DNA from: an uncultured Candidatus Binatia bacterium
Lineage (GTDB): Bacteria > Desulfobacterota > Binatia > Bin18
Direction of reading: 5' to 3'
Assembly: GCA_965200965.1 (NCBI GenBank)
Contig: OZ241744.1
Coordinates: 2,592,001 to 2,656,000 of the forward strand
Length of the DNA stretch: 64,000 nt
A model generated the notes under the pieces. The model searched no databases. It had not been told where the DNA came from and saw nothing but the letters and a program-made list of their open reading frames with translations. Made by a program: the position numbers and the translations under genes. Positions within the stretch are counted from its first letter, which is position 1, and every line of letters begins with the position of its first letter. This document shows positions 1 to 10,253 of the stretch, one piece after another.

Positions 1-1141
1 CGAAAAACAGCAGGTCGCCGCTCCGCTGGGCAATGACCAGGACATGTTTGGCCTGTACCGCGAGGGCGGGCTGATTGAAGGCCAAGTGCTCTTTGTGCGG
101 GCCGGCAAGCTGGTCGGCAACCTCGGCTACAGCTTCGCCGACAACGAGTTCCCGGATGAGGAAGTCCTGTCCGAACTGCTGACCCAGTTCTATCAGGGCG
201 GTCGGTTTGTGCCCGATGAGATTGTGTTGCCGCTCCCACTCGAAGACGCCGCCGCGCGGTCTGAACTGCTGGGCGAGCGCAAGGGAAAAAAAGTCACTTT
301 TGTGTGTCCCCGGCGGGGCGCAAAGCTGCGCCTGGTCAGGATGGCGGTTGAGAATGCCCGCCACAGCTTTTTAGAAAAACGCCGGGGTGACGAACAGCGC
401 GAGCGGGCGCTCGAGGGCTTGCGGGTCGGCCTGCGGCTGCGGGCCGCCCCAAAGCGCATTGAGTGCTTTGATATTTCCAATATCCAGGGCAGGCTGGCGG
501 TTGGCTCGCTCGTCGTGTTTGACGAGGGCGAACCGGATAAAAGTCGCTACCGTCGTTTTCGGATTAAAACGGTGGATGGGGCGGATGATTTTGCCATGAT
601 GTACGAGGTCCTGACGCGCCGTTACACGCGCGCCCTGGCCGACGAGGACCTGCCCGACCTGTTGATGGTTGACGGTGGCAAAGGCCAGCTGGGGGTTGCC
701 GTCCAGGTGTTCAAAGAGCTGGCCATCGATCAGGTTGATCTGATCGGTCTGGCCAAGATGCGGACCGAGCGCAACCCGTTTGGCGAGGAGGTGACCCGGT
801 CTGCCGAACGGGTTTTTGTCCCGGGCCGCAAAAACCCGATTCTCCTCAAGCAGAACTCCAGCGCGCTGTTCCTCCTCCAGCGGGTGCGAGACGAGGCCCA
901 CCGCTTTGCTATCAGCTATCACCGTCAGATGCGCGCCAAAGAACGGCTGAGTTCCTCCCTCGATACCATCCCGGGGATTGGTCCCAGCCGCCGCAAGGCC
1001 CTGCTGCGGCATTTTGGCAGCGTAAAGCGGGTCCGGGCGGCCAGCCGTGAGGAACTCGCCGCGGTGCCGGGCATCACGCCGGCCCTTGCCGAAGCCATTG
1101 TGCGTCATCTGGAGACGGCGCAGGGCAGGCCGGCAGAGTGA
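1..1141 (+). CDS. uvrC: Excinuclease ABC subunit C (5' end outside window)
   Basis: RIECFDISN, PDLLMVDGGKGQ and QRVRDEAHRFA motifs; C-terminal HhH (IPGIGP, VPGI). Confidence 0.97.
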   Translation, partial: EKQQVAAPLGNDQDMFGLYREGGLIEGQVLFVRAGKLVGNLGYSFADNEFPDEEVLSELLTQFYQGGRFVPDEIVLPLPLEDAAARSELLGERKGKKVTFVCPRRGAKLRLVRMAVENARHSFLEKRRGDEQRERALEGLRVGLRLRAAPKRIECFDISNIQGRLAVGSLVVFDEGEPDKSRYRRFRIKTVDGADDFAMMYEVLTRRYTRALADEDLPDLLMVDGGKGQLGVAVQVFKELAIDQVDLIGLAKMRTERNPFGEEVTRSAERVFVPGRKNPILLKQNSSALFLLQRVRDEAHRFAISYHRQMRAKERLSSSLDTIPGIGPSRRKALLRHFGSVKRVRAASREELAAVPGITPALAEAIVRHLETAQGRPAE

Positions 1142-1236
1142 GCTGCTGACAGCTTCGTGTCACCAGGAACGGCAAGCCCTTGCAAAGACAAGTCTTACAT
1201 GACAGGATTGGGCATCTTTAACCGGGAGGCATATGT

Positions 1237-2514
1237 ATGGACCGGCTCAAGACTATCAACACGCACGTTACGGCGACGACAGAGACAATTTCGTCGGCCT
1301 ATGTGCCCCCCCTCCAACTCACACAAGGCCAGCCACCACCCATCGCTGCAAATGGAGGCTTATCCTACATGTCGTTCGATCGGGGCGGGGACGCGGGGAC
1401 TGCTGCGGCAATGGAGGCGGCCCTCCGCCTGATTGCTGAGGGGGAGGGGCAGGCGATTATCGACATGCTCGACAAGGCTCCCCCCGGCCCTGTCAAGACC
1501 AAGTGGGGCGTCGGGTTTCGCAGCTACGCAGAATGCCTGGACTATATCCGGGCGAACAACATCACAGCCCCTGAAGGCGGCCTCGCGCTGCCGCTGCGCT
1601 ACACCGTCTATGAGTGGCCGTCCTACTCCATCGTCCCGTCCAACGCACTCTGGCGGGACCCGAGGCGCGAGGCCCAAGCAAAAGCCTTGAGCAGGGAAGA
1701 GCAGGACATTGGGCGGCGATGCCTCTATTTTCCGCAGGTGATGCGCGACGCCCGACGAATGCAGGAGTACTACCCAGGTCTCTCGCCCAACAGCCCTGAA
1801 TGCATGGATAAGCTCGGCGTTTCGCTGGCGCACTGCGAGTCCAAGTGCCAGAACTTCTACGACGCCGCGGAGGTGGAGCGCGTGTTCTACCCTGAGATGG
1901 AGAAGCTCCTCTTGGAGTTTTTCCCAGACGCGACGGACGCGCTTGTGTACAACCACGACGTGTTTGACAAAGACTACAAGGGCGATCGCACGGAGGACCA
2001 GGACAACAAGAACCCGGGTGTGAACGCCAACTACGCCAACATCGTCCACAATGACCTGAACGACAACAGCGGCCGCGTGCGCTGCCGCGAACTGCTCACA
2101 CAGAACCTGCGGAACTTCGGGCGCGAACAGCACTACACCGAGGAGCAGGCCGACGCCAAGATGTCGCGGCGGTTCATGTCGATCAACCTCGCCAAGCCGA
2201 TGGAGACCGTGCGCCAGAACCCCTTTGTGCTCTGCGCCTGGCCCTCTTTTGCCGACCAGCCGTACATCACCAACTACCGTGTCTACGACGACCGCGTCGG
2301 CGAGACCACCCGCTTCACCTACCGTCCCGACCACGAGTGGTACTGGTTTCCCCAGCAGAAGCCCACCGAGGTCTCAATGCTCAAGTGCTACGACTCTGTC
2401 ACGGACGGCTCGGTCTCGCGCTGGTCTTTCCACACTGCCTGCATTGACCCCACCACGCCCGAGGACGCTCCCTGCCGCAAGAACGTCGTGGTCCGCTCCT
2501 TCGTCTTCTTCTGA
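1237..2514 (+). CDS. CmcJ/NvfI (AsaB-like) family oxidoreductase with extra N-terminal region
   Basis: VERVFYPEME, HND, WYWFPQQKPTEVSMLKCYDS, FHTA and terminal R..VVVR resemble this family; GGAGG SD upstream. Confidence 0.65.
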   Translation: MDRLKTINTHVTATTETISSAYVPPLQLTQGQPPPIAANGGLSYMSFDRGGDAGTAAAMEAALRLIAEGEGQAIIDMLDKAPPGPVKTKWGVGFRSYAECLDYIRANNITAPEGGLALPLRYTVYEWPSYSIVPSNALWRDPRREAQAKALSREEQDIGRRCLYFPQVMRDARRMQEYYPGLSPNSPECMDKLGVSLAHCESKCQNFYDAAEVERVFYPEMEKLLLEFFPDATDALVYNHDVFDKDYKGDRTEDQDNKNPGVNANYANIVHNDLNDNSGRVRCRELLTQNLRNFGREQHYTEEQADAKMSRRFMSINLAKPMETVRQNPFVLCAWPSFADQPYITNYRVYDDRVGETTRFTYRPDHEWYWFPQQKPTEVSMLKCYDSVTDGSVSRWSFHTACIDPTTPEDAPCRKNVVVRSFVFF

Positions 2515-2564
2515 GAACACTCGGATTCGCCGTCGGCCGGCACAGACACGGCCAGAGCGGACTG

Positions 2565-5060
2565 GTGACGCTCCGGCCTGTCGCGCAAGCCCTGTCCCGG
2601 CCGCTCAGTTCCTATGTGTTGATTGGCCTGAGCTTGGCCTGTCTGCTGGGTCAGGCGGCCGCCGGCTGGGGCTGGTCGGTGTGGTGGGGAAGCGGACCGG
2701 GCCTGTGCCTCATCGGCCTGGCCTGGGTCTGGGCGGGACGCCGGCTGGCCGGCCTTACCGCCTGTTTCGTCCTGGGCTTTGCCCTTGGTCATCTTTCCCT
2801 GTCGCGGGTCCTTGAACCGGCCCTGCCGCCCGAGCATGTGGGCCGGCTCAGCCTGCCGCAAAAGACTAGAATTGAAGGCTGGCTGTATCGGGAGCCGGAG
2901 CGTCTGCCCCACCGGACCCGGTTATACCTCCAAGTGACGCGACACCAAGTGACGCGACACGACGATGGCGCGGCCGGCTGGCTGCCGGCCACCGGGCAGG
3001 TGCTGATACATGTCCGCTTCGCGTCCCGCGGCTGGCAGTACGGAGATGTTGTCCGCCTGCCGGCGCGACTCCGCAGCCCGCGCAACTTCCGCGCCCCGGG
3101 CAGCTTTGACTATGCCGGTTATCTGGCACGGCGTGACATCTATACCACCGCTTTTCTCTGGAATGATGAGAAGATCGAGAAAATCGACACGCGGCCCGAA
3201 ACCGTCTGCGGCTGGCTGGAGCAGGCCCGGCGGCGGATTGGGACCTTCTTCGATACACGCCTGAACAGCCACAGCGCGACAATCCTGCGAGCGCTCATCA
3301 TCGGGGAGACAAGCGGCATTGACAAGGACCTCCGAAAAACCTTTGCCAGGGCCGGCGTGGCCCATGTCCTGGCGATCTCTGGACTGCACATCGGTCTTGT
3401 TGCCGGGGCCGCCTATGGCGCGTGGTGGTGGCTGCTGGGCCGCAGCCGGCGCATTCTGCTGACCTTCACCATGCCAAAGCTGGCCGCCCTGCTGAGCGTG
3501 CCGGCGGTGCTCTTGTACACCGGTCTGGCCGGTGGACGGATGACAGTCTGTCGGGCGCTTAGCATGGTCCTGGTGTATCTGGCGGCGGTGCTGCTCGGGC
3601 GTTCGCAGGAAGTCTATCGCAGTCTGGCCCTGGCCGCGCTAATCGTCTCGCTAGTCTGGCCGGGAGCTGTCTTTGAGGTGTCGTTCCAGCTGTCGTTTGT
3701 CGCCGTGCTGGCCATTCTTGTCGGTCTGGACTCCTTCCGGGCATGGTGGGAAACGTTCAGCGACCGCCGGATGTTCCAGCTGCGCCCGCAGCGGGGCCGG
3801 GTATTCCGCTGGCTGGCCGCCTGTGGGCTGGTGTCTGGCTGTGCAACTCTCGCGGTTGCCCCAATTACTGCCGTACACTTCAACACTATTGCCATTGCCG
3901 GCCTTGTGACCAATGTTGTCGTTCTCCCGTTGGTCGGTGTGACGGTGGTCTCAGGGCTGGCCGCCGCGGTCCTCGTTGTGGTGCATGAAGGGCTGGCCGG
4001 CCCGCCTGTTTTCATAGCCGGCCTTGCCGTCCAAGTCGTAAGCTGGGTCGTCCACGCGGTCGGCACTTGGCCGTGGTCAGCCTTTGCCGTTGTCACCCCG
4101 AATCTTTTGGAGCTGGTCTTAGCCTATGGGATAGTGGCCTGCCTGTTTTTCGTCTTTCAGCCACCAACGCCCATCCGTTCGGCCCTGCTCCGCTCCGTAC
4201 TGCCCATTTTGTGCGTCGCGCTCCTGGCCGATTGCGCCTACTGGAGCTGGCAGCGTTTCTTTCGTCAGGACCTGCGGGTGACATTTCTTGATGTCGGGCA
4301 GGGCGATGCCGCGGTCGTTGAGTTTCCAGGCTCGCATGTCATGGTCATTGATGGCGGAGGATTTGCCAGCCCGACGTTTGACTCAGGCGAGGCGATTATC
4401 GCCCCGTTTTTATGGAGCCGCAAAATCGGGCGGGTCGATACCCTGGTGCTGAGCCACGCTCAGTTGGACCACTACGGCGGGCTGGCCTTCGTGGCCGAGC
4501 GCTTTGGGCCGCGTGAGTTCTGGTCGAGCGGACAGCCGGCCAAGAGCAAGCGGTTTGCGCGGCTGACGCGGGCGCTTGAGCAGGCTGGGATTGTCACCCG
4601 CAAAATGTGTCGAGACAGCCCGGATATGGTTATCTCTGGGGTACGGATTGCGGTGCTTCACCCGCCGTGTCAGAACACCGGCCTTAATACCAACAACGCC
4701 TCTGTGGTCCTGCGGCTCAGCCACGGAGAGGTGAACTTTCTGCTGACCGGCGATATTGAAGCCACAGGGGAGAAGGTCTTGCTTGAATCGGGCCAGACGC
4801 TCCACAGCGAGATTATCAAAGTCCCCCATCACGGCAGCCGCAGTTCGAGCAGCCCCGCCTTTGTCGCCGCCGTAGCGCCGCGGGCGGCTATCGCCTCCCT
4901 TGGCCTGCACAACCGTTTTGATTTTCCGGCCGACGAGGTCGCCCAACGCTACCACAAGCGGGGAGCGCGGCTGCTGCGGACAGACCGGGACGGGACGGTG
5001 CTTGTCATCAGCGATGGAAAGGGCTACCGGCTCGAAGCGCCGTTTTCCACACGCGACTGA
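2565..5060 (+). CDS. comEC: DNA internalization competence protein ComEC/Rec2
   Basis: HVLAISGLH, SFQLSF, FLDVGQGD, LSHAQLDHYGG and KVPHHGS motifs; many TM segments. Confidence 0.95.
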   Translation: MTLRPVAQALSRPLSSYVLIGLSLACLLGQAAAGWGWSVWWGSGPGLCLIGLAWVWAGRRLAGLTACFVLGFALGHLSLSRVLEPALPPEHVGRLSLPQKTRIEGWLYREPERLPHRTRLYLQVTRHQVTRHDDGAAGWLPATGQVLIHVRFASRGWQYGDVVRLPARLRSPRNFRAPGSFDYAGYLARRDIYTTAFLWNDEKIEKIDTRPETVCGWLEQARRRIGTFFDTRLNSHSATILRALIIGETSGIDKDLRKTFARAGVAHVLAISGLHIGLVAGAAYGAWWWLLGRSRRILLTFTMPKLAALLSVPAVLLYTGLAGGRMTVCRALSMVLVYLAAVLLGRSQEVYRSLALAALIVSLVWPGAVFEVSFQLSFVAVLAILVGLDSFRAWWETFSDRRMFQLRPQRGRVFRWLAACGLVSGCATLAVAPITAVHFNTIAIAGLVTNVVVLPLVGVTVVSGLAAAVLVVVHEGLAGPPVFIAGLAVQVVSWVVHAVGTWPWSAFAVVTPNLLELVLAYGIVACLFFVFQPPTPIRSALLRSVLPILCVALLADCAYWSWQRFFRQDLRVTFLDVGQGDAAVVEFPGSHVMVIDGGGFASPTFDSGEAIIAPFLWSRKIGRVDTLVLSHAQLDHYGGLAFVAERFGPREFWSSGQPAKSKRFARLTRALEQAGIVTRKMCRDSPDMVISGVRIAVLHPPCQNTGLNTNNASVVLRLSHGEVNFLLTGDIEATGEKVLLESGQTLHSEIIKVPHHGSRSSSSPAFVAAVAPRAAIASLGLHNRFDFPADEVAQRYHKRGARLLRTDRDGTVLVISDGKGYRLEAPFSTRD
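2931..2960 (+). repeat. Exact 15-bp in-frame tandem duplication in comEC (QVTRH x2)
   Basis: CAAGTGACGCGACAC twice. Confidence 0.9.
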
Positions 5061-5083
5061 TCTGTGGTGGCGTCGCCCGACTC

Positions 5084-5130
5084 AAAAGGGAATCGTGATA
5101 GAAATTGAAGGGGCATCACGATTCCCTTGT
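5084..5130. repeat. Palindromic element family 2, intergenic copy (may also act as comEC terminator)
   Basis: AAGGGAATCGTGAT...ATCACGATTCCCTT; same GGGAATCGTGA arm as copies at 18437 and 19707. Confidence 0.7.
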
Positions 5131-5192
5131 TCCGGTGGACGCCCGGCGGCGGGTCGTGTAGATTCTGGTCTTTGACACGAAAGGCGGTGCTT

Positions 5193-6041
5193 ATGGCTGG
5201 CAGTTCGTCTGAGACAACAGCGTTTGATCTGCGGGTCTTTTCCTATCTGCCCAACCCCCGGATCTGGAAAGCGACCATTGCCGCCCGGCTGTGCGGTGTC
5301 CGGCTCGACCTCAGAGGGGGCAAACCCCAAGAGCTATCGAACTGGCTGTGGGACTTTGACGCCCAGCCGTTGACCGATGCGGAGCGGAAGGCGTCGCCGG
5401 CGACCGAACGACAGGGGCGGACTGGCTTTTCAGGCCGCCTGCACAAGACCGGGGCATTTCTGGACGCCCATCCGTTCGGTACCGTGCCGGCCGCCTTCAG
5501 CCCGGATGGGACGGTCGGCATCTTTGAATCCAACAGCATCATGCGGGCCGTGGCCCGGCTGGGTCAGGACGCCTGTCCCCTGTACGGCACAGATGCGTAT
5601 GCCGCGGCGCGTATCGACAGCTTTCTTGACGCCAGCCTGGTTTTTGCCCGGGATATGCAGCTGTATCTGCTGGCCCTTGCCGACGGCTCGCTCACGGCCG
5701 AGCTCCAGACCCGCATGAAGGACGCCTTTGGGGTCTATCTGGGCGGCATTGAGCGGGCCTTGGTGCCGAACCGGCATTTCCTGGTCGGCGATGCCATCAC
5801 GCTGGCCGATATCTGTTTTGTGGCCGAACTGACGCTCTTCTCAAACGAGAAGGCACAGGCGAGCCGCCTGGCCGCACAGGGTCTGGAGTGCGTTTTTCAC
5901 GACACAGTCGCGGCGCAATTTCCAAGAGCTTTTGCCCACTATGCCAAGCTGTGTCAGCATCCGGCGTTTCGGCCTGATGTGGCACCCTATGTAGAGAAGC
6001 TCGACCGCGCCATTGCCAGGGACAGACACACTGGACGCTGA
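5193..6041 (+). CDS. Glutathione S-transferase family protein (EF1B-gamma-like GST)
   Basis: HPFGTVPA, IFESNSIMRAV and FLVGDAITLADI GST motifs. Confidence 0.85.
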   Translation: MAGSSSETTAFDLRVFSYLPNPRIWKATIAARLCGVRLDLRGGKPQELSNWLWDFDAQPLTDAERKASPATERQGRTGFSGRLHKTGAFLDAHPFGTVPAAFSPDGTVGIFESNSIMRAVARLGQDACPLYGTDAYAAARIDSFLDASLVFARDMQLYLLALADGSLTAELQTRMKDAFGVYLGGIERALVPNRHFLVGDAITLADICFVAELTLFSNEKAQASRLAAQGLECVFHDTVAAQFPRAFAHYAKLCQHPAFRPDVAPYVEKLDRAIARDRHTGR

Positions 6042-6204
6042 TAGCCTCCTGCTCAGCAGCACGTCATCGTCCACGCCCCGCATTGCTCTCACAACCCGCC
6101 ATAATTGATTGCCCGGTGTCCCTCTGGCACAATGGCTTACCCGGTACGGAGGGATGACTGTCCGGTTGTTCCTCCTTTTCCGTATGGAGCGGAAGGGAGA
6201 CAGG

Positions 6205-7977
6205 GTGGAATCGTTAGGCGACTGGCAGCGGAGTTGCGCGTGTGGAGCCCCTCGGAGCAGTCAGGTGGGGCAAGAGATGGTCCTGATGGGCTGGGTTCAC
6301 TCCCAGCGTGACCACGGTGGCGTCACGTTTATTGACCTGCGTGACCGTTCGGGCTTGGTCCAGATTGTGTGCAATCCCCAGGTCAGCCCCGCGGCCCACA
6401 ACCGGGCCAAAGCCCTGCGGGCCGAGTTTGTGGTGGCCGCCCGGGGCCGGCTGGAGCGGCGTTCGGCGGACACCATCAACTCCAATCTGCCGACCGGCGA
6501 GCTTGAGCTCATCGTTGATGAGCTGCGGATTCTGAACCCCTCCCGGACACCGCCCTTTCCGATTGAGGACGACACCGAGCCGACCGAAAACACCCGTCTG
6601 CGCTACCGCTATCTGGACTTGCGACGGCCCAGGATGTTTGAGAATCTGCGCCTGCGCCACCGCCTGGCCAAAATTGTCCGGGATTATCTGGACGGCGAAG
6701 GCTTCCTGGAGATCGAAACGCCGGTCCTGACCCGCAGCACGCCCGAAGGCGCACGCGACTATCTGGTGCCGAGTCGCGTCAATCCGGGGGCGTTTTTTGC
6801 CCTGCCCCAGTCTCCCCAGCTGTTCAAACAACTGTTGATGGTCAGCAGCGTGGACAAGTATTTTCAGATTGTGCGCTGCTTTCGGGATGAAGACCTGCGG
6901 GCTGACCGCCAGCCGGAGTTTACCCAGATTGATGTGGAGATGTCGTTTGTCCGGCCCGATGACATTTTTGGCCTGATCGAGGGCCTGATGGTCCGGCTGT
7001 GCCACGAAGTGAAGGGTTTTGCGCCCCCTGTCCCCTTCCCGCGCCTGCCGTATGCCGAGGCCATAGCCCGCTACGGCACCGATAAACCGGATATTCGCTT
7101 TGGTCTGGAGTTGCGGGAGCTGACCGACCTGTTCGCAGGCACCGACATCAAGGTTTTCCGCGATGTGATTGCTGGCGGCGGGGTTGTGCGTGGTCTCGTC
7201 GTGCCCAAGGCCGGTATGTCGCGCAAAGAGATTGACGACCTGACCCCGCTGGCAGTCAGTTTTGGAGCAAAGGGCCTGGCCTGGTTTCGGATGACCGCTG
7301 CCGGCTGGCAGTCTCCCCTGGCCAAGTTTGTCAGCGACCGGGACAAAGGGGCGATTGAAGCGGCCCTCGGTCTGCAAGAGGGAGACCTGGTGGTGATGGT
7401 GGCCGATACTGAGCCGGTGGCAGGCGATGTCATGTCCCGGCTGCGGTTGCATCTCGGGGCGGCCCTGGGCCTCATCCCTGAGCAGGACTTCAACTTCCTG
7501 TGGGTGACGGATTTTCCGCTGCTTGAGTATGACGCCGAGGCCGAGCGGTATACCGCCATGCACCATCCGTTCACATCTCCGCATGACGCTGACATCCCCC
7601 TGTTGGAGAGTGCGCCCGGAAAAGTCCGCGCCTTTGCCTACGACCTCGTTCTCAACGGCGTGGAGCTGGGCGGGGGCAGTATCAGAATCCACCGCCAGGA
7701 CATCCAGCAGAAGGTCTTTGCCCTGCTCGGCATCAATGCAGTCGAGGCCCGGCAGAAATTCGGTTTTCTGCTGGAGGCGCTGTCATATGGTGCCCCCCCC
7801 CACGGGGGCATTGCGCTGGGCTTTGACCGCCTGGCCATGCTGTTTGCCGGGGCAGACTCGCTGCGTGAGGTGATTGCCTTCCCCAAGACCGCCAAGGCCG
7901 TGTGTCTGATGACCAACGCCCCCGGCGGAGTGGATGCCAAGCAGCTCCGCGAACTGCGCATCAAAGGAGACGGCTGA
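6205..7977 (+). CDS. aspS: Aspartate--tRNA ligase
   Basis: RDHGG, RYRYLDLRR, PEGARDYLVPSR, FRDEDLRADRQPEFTQ and PPHGGIALGFDR; start may be 6184. Confidence 0.98.
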   Translation: MESLGDWQRSCACGAPRSSQVGQEMVLMGWVHSQRDHGGVTFIDLRDRSGLVQIVCNPQVSPAAHNRAKALRAEFVVAARGRLERRSADTINSNLPTGELELIVDELRILNPSRTPPFPIEDDTEPTENTRLRYRYLDLRRPRMFENLRLRHRLAKIVRDYLDGEGFLEIETPVLTRSTPEGARDYLVPSRVNPGAFFALPQSPQLFKQLLMVSSVDKYFQIVRCFRDEDLRADRQPEFTQIDVEMSFVRPDDIFGLIEGLMVRLCHEVKGFAPPVPFPRLPYAEAIARYGTDKPDIRFGLELRELTDLFAGTDIKVFRDVIAGGGVVRGLVVPKAGMSRKEIDDLTPLAVSFGAKGLAWFRMTAAGWQSPLAKFVSDRDKGAIEAALGLQEGDLVVMVADTEPVAGDVMSRLRLHLGAALGLIPEQDFNFLWVTDFPLLEYDAEAERYTAMHHPFTSPHDADIPLLESAPGKVRAFAYDLVLNGVELGGGSIRIHRQDIQQKVFALLGINAVEARQKFGFLLEALSYGAPPHGGIALGFDRLAMLFAGADSLREVIAFPKTAKAVCLMTNAPGGVDAKQLRELRIKGDG

Positions 7978-8005
7978 CCGCGCGAACCGAGTCGGGAGCG
8001 AACCG

Positions 8006-9448
8006 ATGGGGACGCTCACCCTGAACGATACCATCGTGCTGACTCCGCAGCCTCGTTCACTGTGCCTGTCCGTCCTGCTGTGCGTGTCCCTGACGCTCGT
8101 CTGTCCCGTGTGGGCCGAGACCGGCCCGCCAGCCCCCTGCGCTGGGCTGTCAACCGAGCGCTTTACCCTCAGACCAGACGACCCGCGCTGGCCGGCCTTT
8201 CTGGCCTGGGCCAAAGACCAGGGCCTGTTCACCTCCAGGCTGCTCGCCTGGACCGCTTCGGGCCTCAGCGTCCGCTGGGCCACGGACACCCAATGGGAAA
8301 CACAGGTGACACTGCCGGTGGGCCACGCCCTGGCCCATCTGATCGCCGAACGGCGGTGGCAGGATGGGGATTTCTCAGGGTTTTTTGCCTCGCGGGGCGG
8401 CGTGTACGCGGTGAATCTGGCCGAGCGTCTGGCCCTTGAGGCTGACCCACCCGCGGCTTGGCGGGTGTTTTTCGCCACCCTGCCGGCCAACGCGCCCCTG
8501 TCCGCTCATCTGTCCGCCATTGCCCCAGACGGCCAGTCTGCCGAGGTGAGGTTTGGCTCAGACCGCGCCGCGGTGAACGACGCTGACACTCAGCAAGAGA
8601 CCGCCGTTATCACCTACTCGGCCCAGCGGCTGCTGCTTGACTTGCGCAGCTTTTTGACCGACTGTCGCGTCTCGGCCTTCTTTCAAGCCGCCGACCAGAG
8701 CGCAGAGCAGGTGAGAGGCGAGCCTGGGCCGGTGCCCTCGTCGGATTCCGCCCTCCGGGCTCCAGCGTCCCAAGAGCGGGGCCGGGCGATCTACGAACAG
8801 CAGTGCGCCGGTTGTCATGGGATCGGGGGCGACGGTCAGGGGGTCTTTGCCGCCCGTCTGAGTCCCCGCCCGCGTGATTTCACCCGGGGCCTTTTTCGCT
8901 ACCGTTCCACCCCGACCGGTCAACTCCCCACCGATGCAGACCTGTCCCAGTCGGTGACACACGGCTTGGCCGGCAGCGGAATGCCGGCCTTCGGGGCGTT
9001 TCTCAGCCCTGCGGACATCCGCGATGTGGTAGCCTACCTGAAGCGTTTTTCCCCCCGCTTTACGCGCGAGGCTCCCCCACAGCCCCTTCCCATCTCAGAC
9101 CCGCCGGCGGTGTCTGCCGAGCGTCTGGCACGCGGAGCGCGGCTCTACCGGGACTCGGGCTGCCCAAGCTGCCACGGCCCGGGCGGACGGGGCGACGGCC
9201 GCTCTGGACACGACCTGAAAACCTCCGAAGGTGAGCCGATCGCCCCCCGGGACCTGAGGGATAAATGGCGCTTCCGCGGCGGCTTCAGCCCCCAGGCTGT
9301 CTATCTGCGTCTGGCCGCCGGCATGGATGGTTCGTCAATGGCCTCGTACAGCGACGCCCTGACCGAAGACCAGATGTGGAATCTGGCCTTGTATGTGCTG
9401 GCCCTGTCCCCCCAGGAGAGGCCGCCGGCCGCGGTTCCGACACCATAG
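8006..9448 (+). CDS. Exported diheme c-type cytochrome with uncharacterised N-terminal domain
   Basis: Signal-like N-terminus (..PVWA); CAGCH and CPSCH; PRPRDFT..F.YRSTP; axial Met candidates GMPAF and SSMAS. Confidence 0.85.
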   Translation: MGTLTLNDTIVLTPQPRSLCLSVLLCVSLTLVCPVWAETGPPAPCAGLSTERFTLRPDDPRWPAFLAWAKDQGLFTSRLLAWTASGLSVRWATDTQWETQVTLPVGHALAHLIAERRWQDGDFSGFFASRGGVYAVNLAERLALEADPPAAWRVFFATLPANAPLSAHLSAIAPDGQSAEVRFGSDRAAVNDADTQQETAVITYSAQRLLLDLRSFLTDCRVSAFFQAADQSAEQVRGEPGPVPSSDSALRAPASQERGRAIYEQQCAGCHGIGGDGQGVFAARLSPRPRDFTRGLFRYRSTPTGQLPTDADLSQSVTHGLAGSGMPAFGAFLSPADIRDVVAYLKRFSPRFTREAPPQPLPISDPPAVSAERLARGARLYRDSGCPSCHGPGGRGDGRSGHDLKTSEGEPIAPRDLRDKWRFRGGFSPQAVYLRLAAGMDGSSMASYSDALTEDQMWNLALYVLALSPQERPPAAVPTP

Positions 9449-9463
9449 CCCCCTTGGTCACTG

Positions 9464-9508
9464 CTATCCCCCTCCCCCCTTGAGGGGGAAGGTCAGGGTC
9501 GGGGGTAG
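9464..9508. repeat. C/G-run palindromic intergenic element (CCCCTCCCCCCTTGAGGGGGAAGG...GGGG)
   Basis: Hairpin TCCCCCCT-TG-AGGGGGA flanked by CCCC/GGGG; lies between convergent genes. Confidence 0.5.
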
Positions 9509-9644
9509 CCGCCGGACCGGGGGCAGCGGCTTCAACATCGGTGCAGACACTCATGTGTTGTCGAGCTTGTTAAGGTCGGCAAGCCCACGTTTCGCCTTAG
9601 CTGCGGTGTCTTCGTCACCAGCCTCTCAGGCCAAGGCAAGCGCC

Positions 9645-10253
9645 TTAGCCAAAGGACATCTCCCTTTCCCACTCGATTAGGCTGATCGGTACTTCCCACC
9701 AAACTTGCCAGCTGAGCCTCTCCACAATTCGCATGTGGATGCTGCGCTGATTGATTTGGCGATAGGTGACAGCGCCCTTTGGCGAAACGGACTTCAGCCA
9801 ATTTTCAGGAACGACACGGAGCATCTCGATGGGGAGGTAGCCCACTTTGTAGATGTGCCTCCTCCCCATTTCACCATCGACGCGCTGATACGCGAGCAAA
9901 ATGATGTCCGCGGCGTCGGGCCTGTTCAAGTAGGCTGACATCTCATCCACATCTCCCGAAAATCGGCCCAGCCTGTGACCGGACAGGGAGATTTTGCCTC
10001 TTGGCCTCTCCCTGCCGGATTTCACCTGCAAAGGGATTACATGGCCGTTGTCGCGGATGATGATGTCAGCTTCATCGTCATGGCCTCCTTCCTGCCAATG
10101 CGCCCTGCTGGGCGCTTGTGGATCGGCGTTGATTGATCGGAATAAAAGCTCCTCGGTTTGGATGCCTTCGCATCGGCATCCGCTGAACAGTTGATGGAAA
10201 TCCCCAAGGAGCTTCTCAAACTCCTGCAAAGAGCGGCGGCTCAGCTTCCACAT
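9645..10253 (-). CDS. Putative type II restriction endonuclease (PD-(D/E)XK)
   Basis: EADIII...LQVKSG catalytic-like motif; overlaps the 3' end of the methyltransferase. Confidence 0.65.
   Translation of the reverse strand: MWKLSRRSLQEFEKLLGDFHQLFSGCRCEGIQTEELLFRSINADPQAPSRAHWQEGGHDDEADIIIRDNGHVIPLQVKSGRERPRGKISLSGHRLGRFSGDVDEMSAYLNRPDAADIILLAYQRVDGEMGRRHIYKVGYLPIEMLRVVPENWLKSVSPKGAVTYRQINQRSIHMRIVERLSWQVWWEVPISLIEWEREMSFG

Noticed and set aside
1156-1183. CGTGTCACCAGGAACGGCAAGCCCTTG as a collapsed family 1 copy (similarly 9572-9598)
   Set aside because: Match is too short and degenerate to support by eye.
6214-7692. Long antisense ORFs (also 1360-2334, 13358-14623, 28642-29778, 35968-37242, 44637-45815, 49430-50461)
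   Set aside because: Shadow frames of well-supported genes in GC-rich DNA; no motifs.
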